A stretch of DNA of 64,000 nt. It comes from an uncultured Planctomycetaceae bacterium. Lineage in GTDB: Bacteria > Planctomycetota > Planctomycetia > Planctomycetales > Planctomycetaceae. Location: assembly GCA_964386705.1 (NCBI GenBank), contig CAYLTY010000003.1, forward strand, positions 14,026-78,025, in the 5' to 3' direction. Each line of letters begins with the position of its first letter. The stretch's first letter is position 1. Position numbers and translations under genes: made by a program. The notes below the pieces were generated by a model that was given only the letters and a program-made list of their open reading frames with translations, searched no databases and was not told the origin of the DNA. Below are positions 1 through 10,526 of the stretch, in pieces.

Positions 1-560
1 CCTTTGACGAGTTGCTCCAGCGCACGCGGGCCACCGGTACTGCTGCCGATGACCAGCAGCTCGGTTGGTTGAATCAATCGCGGTCGCCGCGGCGGCAGCA
101 GCGAGACGCGAGGAGCCGGTTTCACAGCACTGGGCGTAGGCTGCTCACGCTGCACGTTTAGCCCACGCACCAGCGGCACCAGCTCGCGAGCCACGATCGC
201 CACTGCTTCCGAGATGCTGTTCGCATCCGGTTTAGCCACACAGCCCACGGCACCAAGCCGCAGGGCCTTCATCGTGGTTTCAGCTCCTGAATATGTCAGA
301 GAGCTGACCATGATCACGTAGAGCTTCGGATGCTCCTGCTGAATCCGCTGTAGAGTCTCCAGGCCATTGAGCACTGGCATTTCAACGTCGAGCAACACCA
401 CGTCTGCCTGATGCTTCTTGAGCCATCGCAAGCCTTGCTCGCCGTGCATGGCCGTGCCAACGACCTTGATTGCGGGGTCACTTTCCAGGGCGCGGGTCAA
501 CAGACCTCGCACGATGGCGGAATCATCCACCACCAGGACCCGAATCGGAGTGTCATTCAC
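1..560 (-). CDS. cheB: Chemotaxis response regulator / protein-glutamate methylesterase CheB, N-terminal part (gene continues past the window start)
   Basis: Reverse-strand translation from GTG at 560 gives VNDTPIRVLVVDDSAIVRGLLTRALESDPAIKVVGTAMHGEQGLRWLKKHQADVVLLDVEMPVLNGLETL..., a CheY-like receiver. A linker follows, then ...ELLVIGSSTGGPRALEQLV, the start of the methylesterase domain. An in-frame TGA lies a few codons upstream of the GTG. The gene is absent from the ORF track because it runs off the window. Confidence 0.8.
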   Translation of the reverse strand, partial: MNDTPIRVLVVDDSAIVRGLLTRALESDPAIKVVGTAMHGEQGLRWLKKHQADVVLLDVEMPVLNGLETLQRIQQEHPKLYVIMVSSLTYSGAETTMKALRLGAVGCVAKPDANSISEAVAIVARELVPLVRGLNVQREQPTPSAVKPAPRVSLLPPRRPRLIQPTELLVIGSSTGGPRALEQLVK

Positions 561-682
561 AGTTGCACTTTCTGGTCAATCAAATCACCAACATCGCGGT
601 ACTGCGATACGAGATGCCCGGGAAGGAGACGCGCAACGGGGGCGGCCGCATCTCAACTTCCCGGTTCTCGATCAGACTCGCA

Positions 683-3118
683 TTACTGGTTCCGAATGCG
701 CTTCACGAACTCGCGGGTCACCTGATCCAGGCGTTCCGACTCGCGTGTCAGAGAAGTTGCCGATGCGTGAATGTCCGAGACACCGCGACCGCTCTCATCA
801 GCCGCCTGCGACACCGAAGTAATGTTCGCGCTGACGTCGGCCGTACCACGAGCCGCCTCTGAAACATTGCGCGAGATCTCGTTGGTAGCCGCAGTCTGTT
901 CCTGCACGGCCGACGCAATCGTCGTCGAGATCTCGTTGATCTTGCGGATGCTGTCATCGATCTGGGCGATCGACTCCACAGCCACGCCGGTTGAACGCTG
1001 AATGGACTCAATCTTCTGGCTGATCTCTTCGGTCGCACGCGCGGTTTGCCGAGCCAGTTCCTTAACTTCGTTCGCAACCACCGCGAAACCCTTGCCGGCT
1101 TCACCAGCGCGGGCAGCTTCGATTGTCGCGTTCAGAGCCAGCAGGTTCGTCTGTTGAGCGATCGAAGTAATGACCTTGATCACCTGACCAATTTGATGAC
1201 TGGATTCGCCGAGCGCCTGAATCGTCGAATTCGTGCGACTAGCCTGCTCAACCGCGTGCTGAGTCATTCGCGCGGCTTCCTGAACGTGGCTGGCGATCTC
1301 GTCGATCGACTTGCTGAGTTCTTCCGTCGCGGTCGAAACAGTTTCGACATTGCGGGTGGCCTGCTCGCTGGCCGCGGCCACCGACTGCGCCTGACGCGAT
1401 GTCTCTTCCGCATTCGCCGCCAGCGTGTTGCAGCTCGCCTGCATGCTGACCGCCGCGTCGCTGACCATCTTCACGCCATGCTCGAACTCTTCCGCAATAC
1501 GGATCTGATCGGTGATAACCGACCAGGTCACCATCGGACCAACAAAGTTCCCCGCGCTATCCTTGATCGCAGACACCTGCAAGTCGAGCGTCTGATCGCC
1601 AACCTTGATCGCCGCGCGGTGCGGCAGATTGCCCGCATTCGACAGCATTCGGCGTTGATGCTCAGGGTTCTTATGGAAGATATCGATCTTCTGCCCGACC
1701 AGTAGATCCACCGGACGCGGCAGCAAGTGCTCAATCGTCTTCAAGGTCTTTCGCGAGGCGGGATTCATGTAGACCAGATCGAACTCACGATTCGCCATCA
1801 TTACGTTGATGGGAATGTTCTCCATCATGTTCTGTACACGGAACGCTTCATCGCGCATCCGCACCGCTTCGGTGATGTCCGAAGCAAACTTCACGACCTT
1901 AACAGGCTTGCCGTGGATGTCCTTGATCGGATTGTACGACGCCTGAATCCAGACGACCTTGCCGCCTTTTCCCACGCGTTTGAATTCGGCCGCGACATAC
2001 TCACCGCGGTTGAGCTTCGCCCAGAACTCGCGGTATTCGGAGCTGTTCGCGGCCGACTCTTCCATGAACATGCGATGATGCCGCCCCTTGATCTCATCCA
2101 GGGAGTAGCCCGTCACGCTCAGGAAGTTGTGATTAGCAGTGATGATGGTGCCATCGAGGTTGAACTCAATCACCGCCTGATTGGTGCTGATGGATTTCAA
2201 CTGACCTTCGTAGTCAGTGAACTTCTCCTGCATGCGAGCGATGTCCGTCACGACTTTCCAAACATGCAGGGTGCCCTCGGGATTCCCTTCCCCGTCCGTG
2301 ATCGGTGTCGCAATCACGTCGATCACTTCACTGTCCAGTTCAATCTGACGTTCGATGCGCCCACCCATCGAACGCAGGTCCGGCAGATACTCGGACAGCA
2401 GGGCCACGCCGCGGCTAAGCAGCGCATCCGCGCCGAAGCCGGTACGCGGGCTGAGTCGCTGAAACAGGTCCCGTGCCGCGCGATTCAGAAACGCCACGCC
2501 GCCGCTTCCATCGACCAGGAACTGCGCCACCGGCACGTTCTCCAGCGATACCGCGAGATGTTCCACAAAACTCAAGCCACGTGCGGCACGTGGCGGGACT
2601 GATTGGCTGCGAGCGGGAGTCGGGGGCATGGACTCTTTCTCCTTAGCGTGCGACACGCTGTGACGGGCAAACTGGGAAACGGGGTTCTCGAAAGCGGCGG
2701 GATCGCCGGGGATTTGGTCGTACGACTGCGATTCACCGTCATCGTCAGTAACAACGTCGGAACGCAGTTGAGCCTCAATGGCCGACACGATCTGTGGCCA
2801 CCCGGCACTCACCTTGAGCAGCTCGGACTTCTTGAGCGGGCTCAGGACTTCAATCAGTGTTTCAATCACGGGCGACTTGCGTCGCTTGTTGCCGGTCCCG
2901 CCGTCCTGGACGAACGCCGCGACATCATCGATCGCCCGCAGTGTCGCCAGCACGGACTCGACCAGTCGCTCGAACTGAGCCTCGTCGCCGCCAGCGTCGA
3001 GCACGCCGTTCAGTTGAGGCACACGACTCCTCAAGGCGTCCACGAACCGGGCGGCCTGGCGATGAGCAAGTCCGACCGGCGCGCGATCAGGTAATGAGAT
3101 GGAAGAGCGGGTACGCAT
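683..3118 (-). CDS. Soluble methyl-accepting chemotaxis protein with three PAS-like segments
   Basis: 811-aa ORF. The C-terminus carries the MCP signalling hairpin motif ([39 protein letters not shown]). There is a clear PAS/PAC segment ([39 protein letters not shown]...[12 protein letters not shown]) with PAS-like segments on both sides. No hydrophobic TM stretch or HAMP is visible. Confidence 0.9.
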   Translation of the reverse strand: MRTRSSISLPDRAPVGLAHRQAARFVDALRSRVPQLNGVLDAGGDEAQFERLVESVLATLRAIDDVAAFVQDGGTGNKRRKSPVIETLIEVLSPLKKSELLKVSAGWPQIVSAIEAQLRSDVVTDDDGESQSYDQIPGDPAAFENPVSQFARHSVSHAKEKESMPPTPARSQSVPPRAARGLSFVEHLAVSLENVPVAQFLVDGSGGVAFLNRAARDLFQRLSPRTGFGADALLSRGVALLSEYLPDLRSMGGRIERQIELDSEVIDVIATPITDGEGNPEGTLHVWKVVTDIARMQEKFTDYEGQLKSISTNQAVIEFNLDGTIITANHNFLSVTGYSLDEIKGRHHRMFMEESAANSSEYREFWAKLNRGEYVAAEFKRVGKGGKVVWIQASYNPIKDIHGKPVKVVKFASDITEAVRMRDEAFRVQNMMENIPINVMMANREFDLVYMNPASRKTLKTIEHLLPRPVDLLVGQKIDIFHKNPEHQRRMLSNAGNLPHRAAIKVGDQTLDLQVSAIKDSAGNFVGPMVTWSVITDQIRIAEEFEHGVKMVSDAAVSMQASCNTLAANAEETSRQAQSVAAASEQATRNVETVSTATEELSKSIDEIASHVQEAARMTQHAVEQASRTNSTIQALGESSHQIGQVIKVITSIAQQTNLLALNATIEAARAGEAGKGFAVVANEVKELARQTARATEEISQKIESIQRSTGVAVESIAQIDDSIRKINEISTTIASAVQEQTAATNEISRNVSEAARGTADVSANITSVSQAADESGRGVSDIHASATSLTRESERLDQVTREFVKRIRNQ

Positions 3119-3192
3119 GGTGTTGGGCTAAGAAAACGAAGTTGGTTGTGTTACTCGGAGATGAGCCTGTTCAACTCGGGCAGCGTTCATTG

Positions 3193-3678
3193 TCAGGATG
3201 CGAGATTCAGAATCGCTCCCACGTTGACGACCACGAAGAGCCGTTCATCGAGTCGATAGATGCCATTCGTGATCCCGCGCCAAGCGGGGTCCAGCATGGG
3301 CGGGACTGCATCCATCGCTTGATTCGAGACATCAATCACGTCCCCGACATCATCAACCAGTAGGCTGAAGGACTCACCAGCATGCCGCACAACGACGTTC
3401 ATCGAACGGCGATCGGCTTCGAGGTCCGGCATGCCGATGCGACGACGCAGGCACACGGCCGTGACGATCTGACCGCGCAGATTCAGCAGGCCGGCTATTT
3501 CTCGTCGAGCACGCGGTGTCCGCGCGATGTCCTGCGGATTCAGCACTTCCTGCACGATTTTCACGGGCACGCCGAGCAGTTGTTTGCCAATCCAGAAGGA
3601 CACGAACTGACTTTCAAACCCTGAAACGTCTGTGCGAGCCGACTGTCCGGCTGATGGTGTGTTCGCTGGGCGGTTCAT
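3193..3678 (-). CDS. cheW: Chemotaxis coupling protein CheW
   Basis: 161 aa with a CheW-like pattern ([22 protein letters not shown]...[15 protein letters not shown]...[12 protein letters not shown]). Its ATG overlaps the cheA stop (ATGA), which suggests translational coupling. Confidence 0.9.
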   Translation of the reverse strand: MNRPANTPSAGQSARTDVSGFESQFVSFWIGKQLLGVPVKIVQEVLNPQDIARTPRARREIAGLLNLRGQIVTAVCLRRRIGMPDLEADRRSMNVVVRHAGESFSLLVDDVGDVIDVSNQAMDAVPPMLDPAWRGITNGIYRLDERLFVVVNVGAILNLAS

Positions 3679-6377
3679 GCGGACGCTCCCTTCTGGCTGT
3701 GGTTAGCGCTCAGTTCGAGCAACAGGTTCTTCAACTCGAGGGGATCAAACTTCCGCATGAAGTGAGTAAACCCGGCTCGCAGCGCATCCGCTTCCATCGA
3801 GGGCTTTGTGTTGCCGGAGATGGCAATGACCGGCAGGTCTTTGAACTGTGGCTTGCTGCGAATCCAGCGCACGAAGTTCAAACCATCAACGCCCGGCATT
3901 TCGATATCCGAGAGCACAACGTCGAACTGCGTATCGCGTTCCAGAACGTCGATGGCATCCTGCCCGTCGCCGGTCGCTTTGACCTGATGGCCATCGCTGA
4001 TGAGGCTGGTGGTCATCAACTGGCGGAAGAAGACGGAGTCTTCAGCCAGCAGAATCCGTAAAGACGGCCGCCAGTGATTGTGATGGAACCAATCCGGGTT
4101 CGCCTGAATCACATAATGATGAGCATCCACAATCTCGGTAGCGCGATCATTGATGATTGCCGTCCCGACCACACCCGGTTGCCGCGACGGCATGCGAATG
4201 ACCAGACGGTCTTCCACGATGTCTTCAATCTCGTTGACCATCAGGCCCATCGCGCAACCGTTCTCCTGGAACACGATGACCGGCTGGATCTCGCGATTGG
4301 CGTCGCGTCTTGAATAACCATGCACGGGAATCAGCGGCAGCAGGTCGCCGCGATACTGGACGACTTCGCGATCGCCAGCGGTCTCAATGCGTTCGCTCGG
4401 AACTTCTTCCAGTCGTGAAACCAGCGACAGCGGAACGGACATCGAACGACCATCACCCGCGTTGAAGCACAGCAAGTTGGTGGTGTCGGAGTCCTGACCG
4501 CGATCCGCGGACTCGGCGAGTTCCGACGCCATGGACGACAGGCCGATTTCAGTGGCGATACCCGACACGTCCAGAATCATGATGACGCGGCCATCGCCCA
4601 GAATGGTCGTGCCCTGATAGATCGCAATGTCCTTGAGCAAGCTTCCCATCGGTTTGACGACGATCTCTTCCGTATCAAAGACGCGATCGACAATCAGGCC
4701 GAACTGCTGATTGCCCACCTGCACGACCACGATGTTGACGTCCGAATCGTCGGTGCGATTCGAAGGCAGTTGCACCACGCTATCCAGCCGGATCAACGGC
4801 AGTAGCCGATGGCGCAAGCGAAAGACTTCGTTGTTGTGAATGTGCTCGATGCGGTGTTTCTCTTCCGCCGCCAGACGGACCAGCTCGACCACTCCCAGTT
4901 GAGGAATCGCGAAGGACTCACCGCCGCTTTCCACAACCAGTGCCGAGACAATCGCCAGCGTCAGGGGAATGCGAATCCGGACGGACGTTCCTTTGTCCGC
5001 GACCGATGACAGATCGACGGTGCCGCCGATCTTCTCGATGGATGTTTTCACCACATCCATGCCAACGCCGCGACCAGAGAGAGACGTCACCTGCTGGGCC
5101 GTCGAGAAGCCCGGGCGAAAGATGAACCGCAGCATCTCGTGCTCAGGCATCCGAGCGGCGTCAGATTCCGTCACCAGACCTTGAGCAATCGCTTTTTCTC
5201 GCACACGTTTCACGTTGATGCCCGCGCCATCATCCGCGATCGAGATGATGACATGCCCGCCTTCGTGATAAGCATCCAGTTTGATCGTGCCTGTTTCCGA
5301 CTTGCCCTTCTTCCGGCGCACTTCGGGAGTTTCCAGACCATGATCCGCCGAATTGCGAATCATGTGCGTGAGCGGATCACGAATCGCCTCCAGCACGGTG
5401 CGATCGAGTTCAGTTTCGTTGCCGCGCATCTCCAGTTCGATCTGCTTGCCCGTGGCTTGTCGCAGATCGCGAATGATGCGGGGCATGGTCGACCAGACGC
5501 TGCCAATCGGCTGCATCCGAGTCTTCATCACGCCTTCCTGCAGATCCGTCGTCACTCGATTGAGGAGCGTGATGGGCGCGGTGTACTTCGATTCGTCGTC
5601 ACCCCGGGCAAGCTGCAGCAGTTGATTGCGCGTCAGCACGAGTTCCCCAACCAGGTTCATCAAGCTGTCGAGCACGTCAACGTGCACTCGAATCGACAGG
5701 TCAGTGGCCTTGTTGGCTTTCGCGCCGAGGTTGTCTCCTCCAGATTGCTCAAGCTGAGCCCCATCACTGGCAGCAGCCTGCGCGACCGAAACTGGTTGAG
5801 TTTCCAAAGCATCTTGTTTCAACGCTGCCACAGACTCGGCGGATGGGCGTTCGGCTTCCCGCGAATCACGTGGCTCCGTACCTGAAGCAGGAATTTGCTC
5901 TCCGCCCGAAAGAGAAACAGCGGCAATGCGCTCGAGTTGCTGAATCAGGTCGGCGGCGGCCTCTTCTGATTCCTTGCCGGACGCTTCCAGAACATGCAGC
6001 AAACGCTTGAGTTCAGCCGCCGATCGCAGAATGAGTGCAATATTATCTCGGGATGTTTCCAGTTGTCCGTCACGTACCTTCCGCAGGACGCTCTCAGTCG
6101 CCCAGGCCACTTCGCCCAGCTTGGGAAGCCCGATCAGGCCACTCATGCAATTGATGGTGTGGACCGTGCGTAACAATCCCGAGTACGCACCCGGATCTGC
6201 GGCGTTTGTCTGAACCGCGGCGATGTGGTCATCCAGCACGTTCAGTTCGGCCCAGTTGTCGGCGATGAACTGCCTGAGCGCATTGCTGTCGGAAGCGGGA
6301 AGCATTGCAGCAGTGTCCTTGATCGCGAGCTGCGCGCAGGCAGCCTGAGATTCGTAGCCGCGAATCCATTCGCTCAA
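3675..6377 (-). CDS. cheA: Hybrid histidine kinase CheA: Hpt, dimerisation, HATPase, two CheW-like modules, C-terminal receiver
   Basis: 900-aa ORF. Hpt region ([16 protein letters not shown]), kinase core ([17 protein letters not shown]...DDGAGI...GRGVGMDVV). Two CheW-like segments ([16 protein letters not shown]... and [25 protein letters not shown]...). C-terminal REC ([16 protein letters not shown]...[14 protein letters not shown]...). The codon at 6377 is TTG. An alternative ATG (M25) at 6305 has AAGGA upstream, so the start is uncertain. Confidence 0.9.
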   Translation of the reverse strand: MSEWIRGYESQAACAQLAIKDTAAMLPASDSNALRQFIADNWAELNVLDDHIAAVQTNAADPGAYSGLLRTVHTINCMSGLIGLPKLGEVAWATESVLRKVRDGQLETSRDNIALILRSAAELKRLLHVLEASGKESEEAAADLIQQLERIAAVSLSGGEQIPASGTEPRDSREAERPSAESVAALKQDALETQPVSVAQAAASDGAQLEQSGGDNLGAKANKATDLSIRVHVDVLDSLMNLVGELVLTRNQLLQLARGDDESKYTAPITLLNRVTTDLQEGVMKTRMQPIGSVWSTMPRIIRDLRQATGKQIELEMRGNETELDRTVLEAIRDPLTHMIRNSADHGLETPEVRRKKGKSETGTIKLDAYHEGGHVIISIADDGAGINVKRVREKAIAQGLVTESDAARMPEHEMLRFIFRPGFSTAQQVTSLSGRGVGMDVVKTSIEKIGGTVDLSSVADKGTSVRIRIPLTLAIVSALVVESGGESFAIPQLGVVELVRLAAEEKHRIEHIHNNEVFRLRHRLLPLIRLDSVVQLPSNRTDDSDVNIVVVQVGNQQFGLIVDRVFDTEEIVVKPMGSLLKDIAIYQGTTILGDGRVIMILDVSGIATEIGLSSMASELAESADRGQDSDTTNLLCFNAGDGRSMSVPLSLVSRLEEVPSERIETAGDREVVQYRGDLLPLIPVHGYSRRDANREIQPVIVFQENGCAMGLMVNEIEDIVEDRLVIRMPSRQPGVVGTAIINDRATEIVDAHHYVIQANPDWFHHNHWRPSLRILLAEDSVFFRQLMTTSLISDGHQVKATGDGQDAIDVLERDTQFDVVLSDIEMPGVDGLNFVRWIRSKPQFKDLPVIAISGNTKPSMEADALRAGFTHFMRKFDPLELKNLLLELSANHSQKGASA

Positions 6378-7321
6378 ACATCCAAGACCTGTTCACCTGG
6401 CACCAGTTACCGAGATCCAGGCTGCTTGCGGAGAGTGGCATGACGACTGAGGAGCCGCAGAACTCAAGGACTCAGACGAGCAACTGAGTCGATGATTCAG
6501 GATCCGATGGTCAACTATCCAATGAGATATTCACTTTCGACCACCAGGCGCGGAGTCCATCAGAGTACCTTGACTTCAAAATCGTAGATGGCGGCTGAGC
6601 GCCAAGATTCTTGTTCTCACAGTTGAAAGGCCCGTGCGATACCGCGCGAAAGGATGCTCAAAACGCACGCTTCAAACCGTCAACAACGACTTAGCTCGTG
6701 CGTTCGCAGATACACTCCACGGCACTCACCACCGTCACAAGAACAACATCGGCCACTCGGCCTTTTTAAATATAATTAAGTTCACTAGTGACATTAAGAA
6801 TTGTTCGAATCAAAGAAGCACTAGCGACAGCCAACTTTTTGCGCTGCCCCGCAGAACTCTGCTTCGCGTAGTCCGGCAGTGAATTCGAGTGACCGGATTT
6901 GTCGAGGCGTGTTCGTGACACTGAACAGAACCAAGTCGCCTCATCATGAAAATCTCGGTCTCGCTTCAGTCGCGCTGTTTCCCGGTGACGCCTCGTTGTG
7001 GTCTCTCCTGACGAGCAATCTGGGCCGCTCAACGGAGGCAACACCGCTGCGTTAAGAAGTCTGCAACGCAACTGCCTTGAGAACGCGTAAGGCGGGCATA
7101 CGTCCGCCGCACGCAAGGGCTGTACTGAAATGTCAGTTCGTTCCACCGAGACTCGTGCGGGTTGCATGAGTCGTACGGGATAGGTACCGGTCGGTTGCTG
7201 GTTCCCACCCGGAATTTTGAAGCCTCGAACAGATCCAGACCTATCAATTGATTCACCGCGAGAACCCGGGCCACTGTGGTACTGTCAGCGGTTGTCAGAA
7301 GCTGAGGACTTCATTGTGTTG

Positions 7322-7828
7322 ATGACAGCACCCGCAACAACGCCTATCGCGACATCGTTGGTCGAAGCCACGATCGATGCCTTTGCGTTGATGATGGATG
7401 TGCGGTGCAGCCAGTCGAAGGTGTCGCTGAGACGATCCGACACCCCGCTTCACCCCGTGACCGCGGCTGTGGGACTGAACGGCCAGATCGTGGGCACGAT
7501 GTGCCTGAGTGTGCCTGTCGAGACCGCGCTCAACATTGTGCGGCGAATGGTCGATGTAGAAGTCGCGGCGGTAGACCGTCTTGTATGCGACAGCGTGGGA
7601 GAATTCTCCAACGTCATCGCGGGCGGTGCTAAGGATAAGGTGCCGGAGTTCGAGTTGGTGCTCGGCGTGCCGATGGTCGTGCAAGGCGAAGATCAGCAGA
7701 TCTCGTTTCCGCGCAACTGCCAACCGGTGTGCGTTGATTTTGAGTCAGACATCGGCCCATTCCAGGTTCTGTTCGGATTCGTCCACAAAGTGGATAACAC
7801 GGCAGTCGATTGTCCGGTTTTGATCTGA
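7322..7828 (+). CDS. cheX: CheX-like CheY-P phosphatase (CheC/CheX family)
   Basis: In frame with ORF 7217..7828. I prefer the ATG at 7322, preceded by GAGGA. The pattern LVEATIDAFALMM...VTAAVGLNGQIVGTMCLSVPVETALNIVRRM...DSVGEFSNVIAGGAK matches the CheX E-x-x-N active-site region (GEFSN). Confidence 0.75.
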   Translation: MTAPATTPIATSLVEATIDAFALMMDVRCSQSKVSLRRSDTPLHPVTAAVGLNGQIVGTMCLSVPVETALNIVRRMVDVEVAAVDRLVCDSVGEFSNVIAGGAKDKVPEFELVLGVPMVVQGEDQQISFPRNCQPVCVDFESDIGPFQVLFGFVHKVDNTAVDCPVLI

Positions 7829-7872
7829 ACTCCCCAATCTCGTCTCAATCAGGATTTCTCGAAGGACAGCAC

Positions 7873-8790
7873 ATGACCGCTCCAGCGGACTGCATTGATG
7901 AGTTCGTAGACGATCCGGAAATGATCGCGATGTTTGTGAACAACGCGGCTGAGCTGACGGAGCAGATCGAAAACGATCTGGTTGCCATCGAACGCATCCC
8001 GCCCCAGGAGCGCCTGGATGTCGTCAATCGCATCTTCCGCGCAGCGCACACGATCAAAGGCGAATCCGGGTTTATCGGACTGAGAAACATTGGTCGATTG
8101 GCTCACGGGATGGAGAACATCCTGGACCAAGTTCGCGAATCGCGTATCGAACCAACACAGCAAGTTGTCTCGACCTTGCTCTCATCGCTCGACACCCTGC
8201 GGCAGATGATCGAGTCCGTCGAGGATTCGCACTCGGTCGATGTCGGACCGCATCTCTCGCAGTTAGCTTTGCTCGAATCCGGTACTCAGCCAATACCCTT
8301 GACGCACTCACCAAGCCCCGTCGCTCTGGCTAAAGCTGAAGCGATGTCGTCGAATCAGGACGGTCCGGTCGCGAAAGCTTCCAGCAATACGGCGCGAACC
8401 CGAGTGCTGATCGTGGACGACGAACCAACGGTCGTCGCAATCGCGAGCCGACAACTCAATAAGGCCGGCATCCCGGTCGATGAGGCGACCAACGCCGAAG
8501 ACGCTCTGCAGATGATGCGTCGCAACCTTTACACCGTCGTCATCTGTGACATCAATCTGCCGGGCATTTCGGGTGTGGAACTGCTGCGAAAACTGAAAAC
8601 GCTCAGTCCAATGGTACAGGTGGTGATGCTCACCGGTCACACCAACATCATCACGGTGCTCGACAGCTTTGAAGCCGGAGCGGCCGATTTCCTGCCCAAG
8701 AGCCAAGACTACACCCAACTCGTCAAGCTGGTGAACGACGCCTTGGGCCGAGTCGATCGCTGGGTCCCCCTCATGCGCAGCCGGAAGTAG
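7873..8790 (+). CDS. Hpt domain - receiver domain fusion protein (phosphorelay component)
   Basis: In frame with ORF 7810..8790. I prefer the ATG at 7873 (MTAPADC). N-terminal Hpt (VVNRIFRAAHTIKGESGFIGL). C-terminal REC (RVLIVDDEPTVVAIASRQL...VVICDINLPGISGVELLRKLK...VVMLTGH). Confidence 0.8.
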   Translation: MTAPADCIDEFVDDPEMIAMFVNNAAELTEQIENDLVAIERIPPQERLDVVNRIFRAAHTIKGESGFIGLRNIGRLAHGMENILDQVRESRIEPTQQVVSTLLSSLDTLRQMIESVEDSHSVDVGPHLSQLALLESGTQPIPLTHSPSPVALAKAEAMSSNQDGPVAKASSNTARTRVLIVDDEPTVVAIASRQLNKAGIPVDEATNAEDALQMMRRNLYTVVICDINLPGISGVELLRKLKTLSPMVQVVMLTGHTNIITVLDSFEAGAADFLPKSQDYTQLVKLVNDALGRVDRWVPLMRSRK

Positions 8791-8810
8791 CCTCAGGCTT
8801 CAAAACGAGT

Positions 8811-8837
8811 AAGGCCGGACAAACTTTGTCCGGCCTT
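8811..8837. terminator. Bidirectional stem-loop between convergent genes
   Basis: AAGGCCGGACAAA-C-TTTGTCCGGCCTT, a near-perfect palindrome. It lies 20 nt after the Hpt-REC stop and 30 nt after the stop of the minus-strand lipoprotein gene. Confidence 0.6.
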
Positions 8838-8868
8838 GCGATCTGAGATCCAGAATCCTCATGGGTTG

Positions 8869-9330
8869 CTAATCAACCAGCGGGAAAACGAAATCGTTCG
8901 CGCTGGCGTTCTCACTAATTTCAGCGGTGAGATTGCTGGTCGCCGGATTGGAATACTTCAGAGGAATTTCCGGCTTTTCGGCCTCTTTCTTCTTGCCCAT
9001 CTGCTCCATCTGCATCTTCCGCATGTCGTCTGGTTTCATGTCCGGAGTCGCCGCGGCATCAGTCTTCGATGGCTTGATAATTCCAACCTTCGCCATTCCA
9101 ACTGGTGCGCCTTTGCGACCGCCGGTGGTCATCATGAACTTACCGCTGGCGTCAGTCGTGCCGACTGAAATGGGCTTCTTCTCGACCATGAAGGTGACAG
9201 TCGCCCCCGCGACGGGGTTGCCATTGTAAGTCACTGTGCCCTTGACTTCAGCGAGCTTTGGAGCGTCGGCTACTCCACCGCCACAACCTATCAAGGAAAG
9301 TAACATCGCAGAGCAGATTAACCGACGCAT
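8869..9330 (-). CDS. Small lipoprotein, carboxypeptidase-regulatory-like beta domain (typical DUF1559 neighbour)
   Basis: 153 aa. Lipobox MRRLICSAMLLSLIGC, then KGTVTYNGNPVAGATVTFM. It lies directly downstream of the DUF1559 gene on the same strand. Confidence 0.6.
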   Translation of the reverse strand: MRRLICSAMLLSLIGCGGGVADAPKLAEVKGTVTYNGNPVAGATVTFMVEKKPISVGTTDASGKFMMTTGGRKGAPVGMAKVGIIKPSKTDAAATPDMKPDDMRKMQMEQMGKKKEAEKPEIPLKYSNPATSNLTAEISENASANDFVFPLVD

Positions 9331-9391
9331 TCAGGCAACTCCCAACGGCAGTGGAACGAGTAGACGAACGGAGAGACGAGTCTATGACGGT

Positions 9392-10372
9392 CTACATGGC
9401 ATCCCAAGACAGCACCTTGCCGTCGCGCCGACCGCCCAGTCGTTGGTATGTCTGGTAGTCAATGTTCTGCGAGACAAATCGAACCACACCGTCGCCAAAC
9501 AGGAACTGCGCCCCGCCAACGTGACGACTGCGGAATCCCCAGGAAAGATTCCAGTTACTTTGAGCGGTACATGTAGGGTATTCGGGATTCGGCTCGTTAC
9601 GGCAAGTCGTCATCGTGTTGATCGGGACCGACGTTGATCCGTGCGCGTTGCCCATGCCGTTGTAGTTCCACCAGCCACCGCCGTGGTCATTGCACGTCGG
9701 GATAATTTCACCCACCAGAATTGTGTTCGACATACCGTCAGTAAATGCCTGGGTAGGAAAACCAGCGTTGATGCGTCCAAAGGCGCCGGAAATATTTTCG
9801 CCAGCGACGTCATTACCGTGGTCCGCAGCGCCTTGCGGATTCTCATAGTGGACACCTGGCTGCAAGAACAGGTTGCAGTTTCCGTCAGCTGACGGCGTGC
9901 GTGTCGATCCCAAGCTGCCTGTGTAGTTGGCCTGAGCCCAGTTTCCGTCGACCGTACCCTGACCGTTGTCAGAGGGGCAGAGAGCGTAGGGAGTGTTCTT
10001 CTGGCGAATGTAAATAACACCGGCAGGACAAGGTGGAACACTTCCACCAAGGCAGCGGTCCCAAGCCGCGCCGGCGTTCATGTCCGCGTCCTGGTAGAGT
10101 GCCGCCTGATCCATCATAGGCAGAATCATCACCTGCCAGCCAACCTGTGGGGCCGCCCAGTTGTTGCCGCCGCCGGGCAGTTGCTTATGAGTTTCCTCAT
10201 AGGTTGCCAGTCCCAAGCCGTATTGCTTGAGGTTGTTCTTGCATTGACTGCGTCGAGCAGCCTCTCGGGCTTGCTGCACAGCAGGCAGCAGCAGGGCCAC
10301 GAGGACCGCGATAATCGCAATGACCACCAACAACTCAATCAGGGTAAAACCCTTTGGCCGCCGCAGAATCAT
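9392..10372 (-). CDS. DUF1559 protein with prepilin-type N-terminal cleavage/methylation motif and H-X9-DG C-terminus
   Basis: MILRRPKGFTLIELLVVIAIIAVLVALLLPAVQQAREAARRSQCKNNLKQYGL... and C-terminal HVGGAQFLFGDGVVRFV. Confidence 0.9.
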   Translation of the reverse strand: MILRRPKGFTLIELLVVIAIIAVLVALLLPAVQQAREAARRSQCKNNLKQYGLGLATYEETHKQLPGGGNNWAAPQVGWQVMILPMMDQAALYQDADMNAGAAWDRCLGGSVPPCPAGVIYIRQKNTPYALCPSDNGQGTVDGNWAQANYTGSLGSTRTPSADGNCNLFLQPGVHYENPQGAADHGNDVAGENISGAFGRINAGFPTQAFTDGMSNTILVGEIIPTCNDHGGGWWNYNGMGNAHGSTSVPINTMTTCRNEPNPEYPTCTAQSNWNLSWGFRSRHVGGAQFLFGDGVVRFVSQNIDYQTYQRLGGRRDGKVLSWDAM

Positions 10373-10526
10373 TTGTGCTGCTCCAGTTGAGGCGAATCTA
10401 ATCGTTCTTCAGTTGGCCCCGATGCTTCGTGTAGTGATGATCTCCGCGTCTTAACCAAAGATCAACATGCTTTGAATGATCTTTTACGTGATGTTCACAT
10501 TAACACTGTAAGACAAATTGTCTGAT

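Noticed and set aside
5139-5885. 248-aa plus-strand ORF
   Set aside because: It is antisense to the cheA kinase core.
7183-7198. Sigma-54-like GG...TGC element (GGTACCGGTCGGTTGC) upstream of cheX
   Set aside because: The spacing between GG and GC is 12 nt instead of the canonical 10, and the flanking consensus bases are missing.
6634-7274. Three small ORFs (82, 133 and 81 aa) in the cheA-cheX spacer
   Set aside because: They overlap one another on both strands and have no motifs or RBS. They are treated as non-coding.
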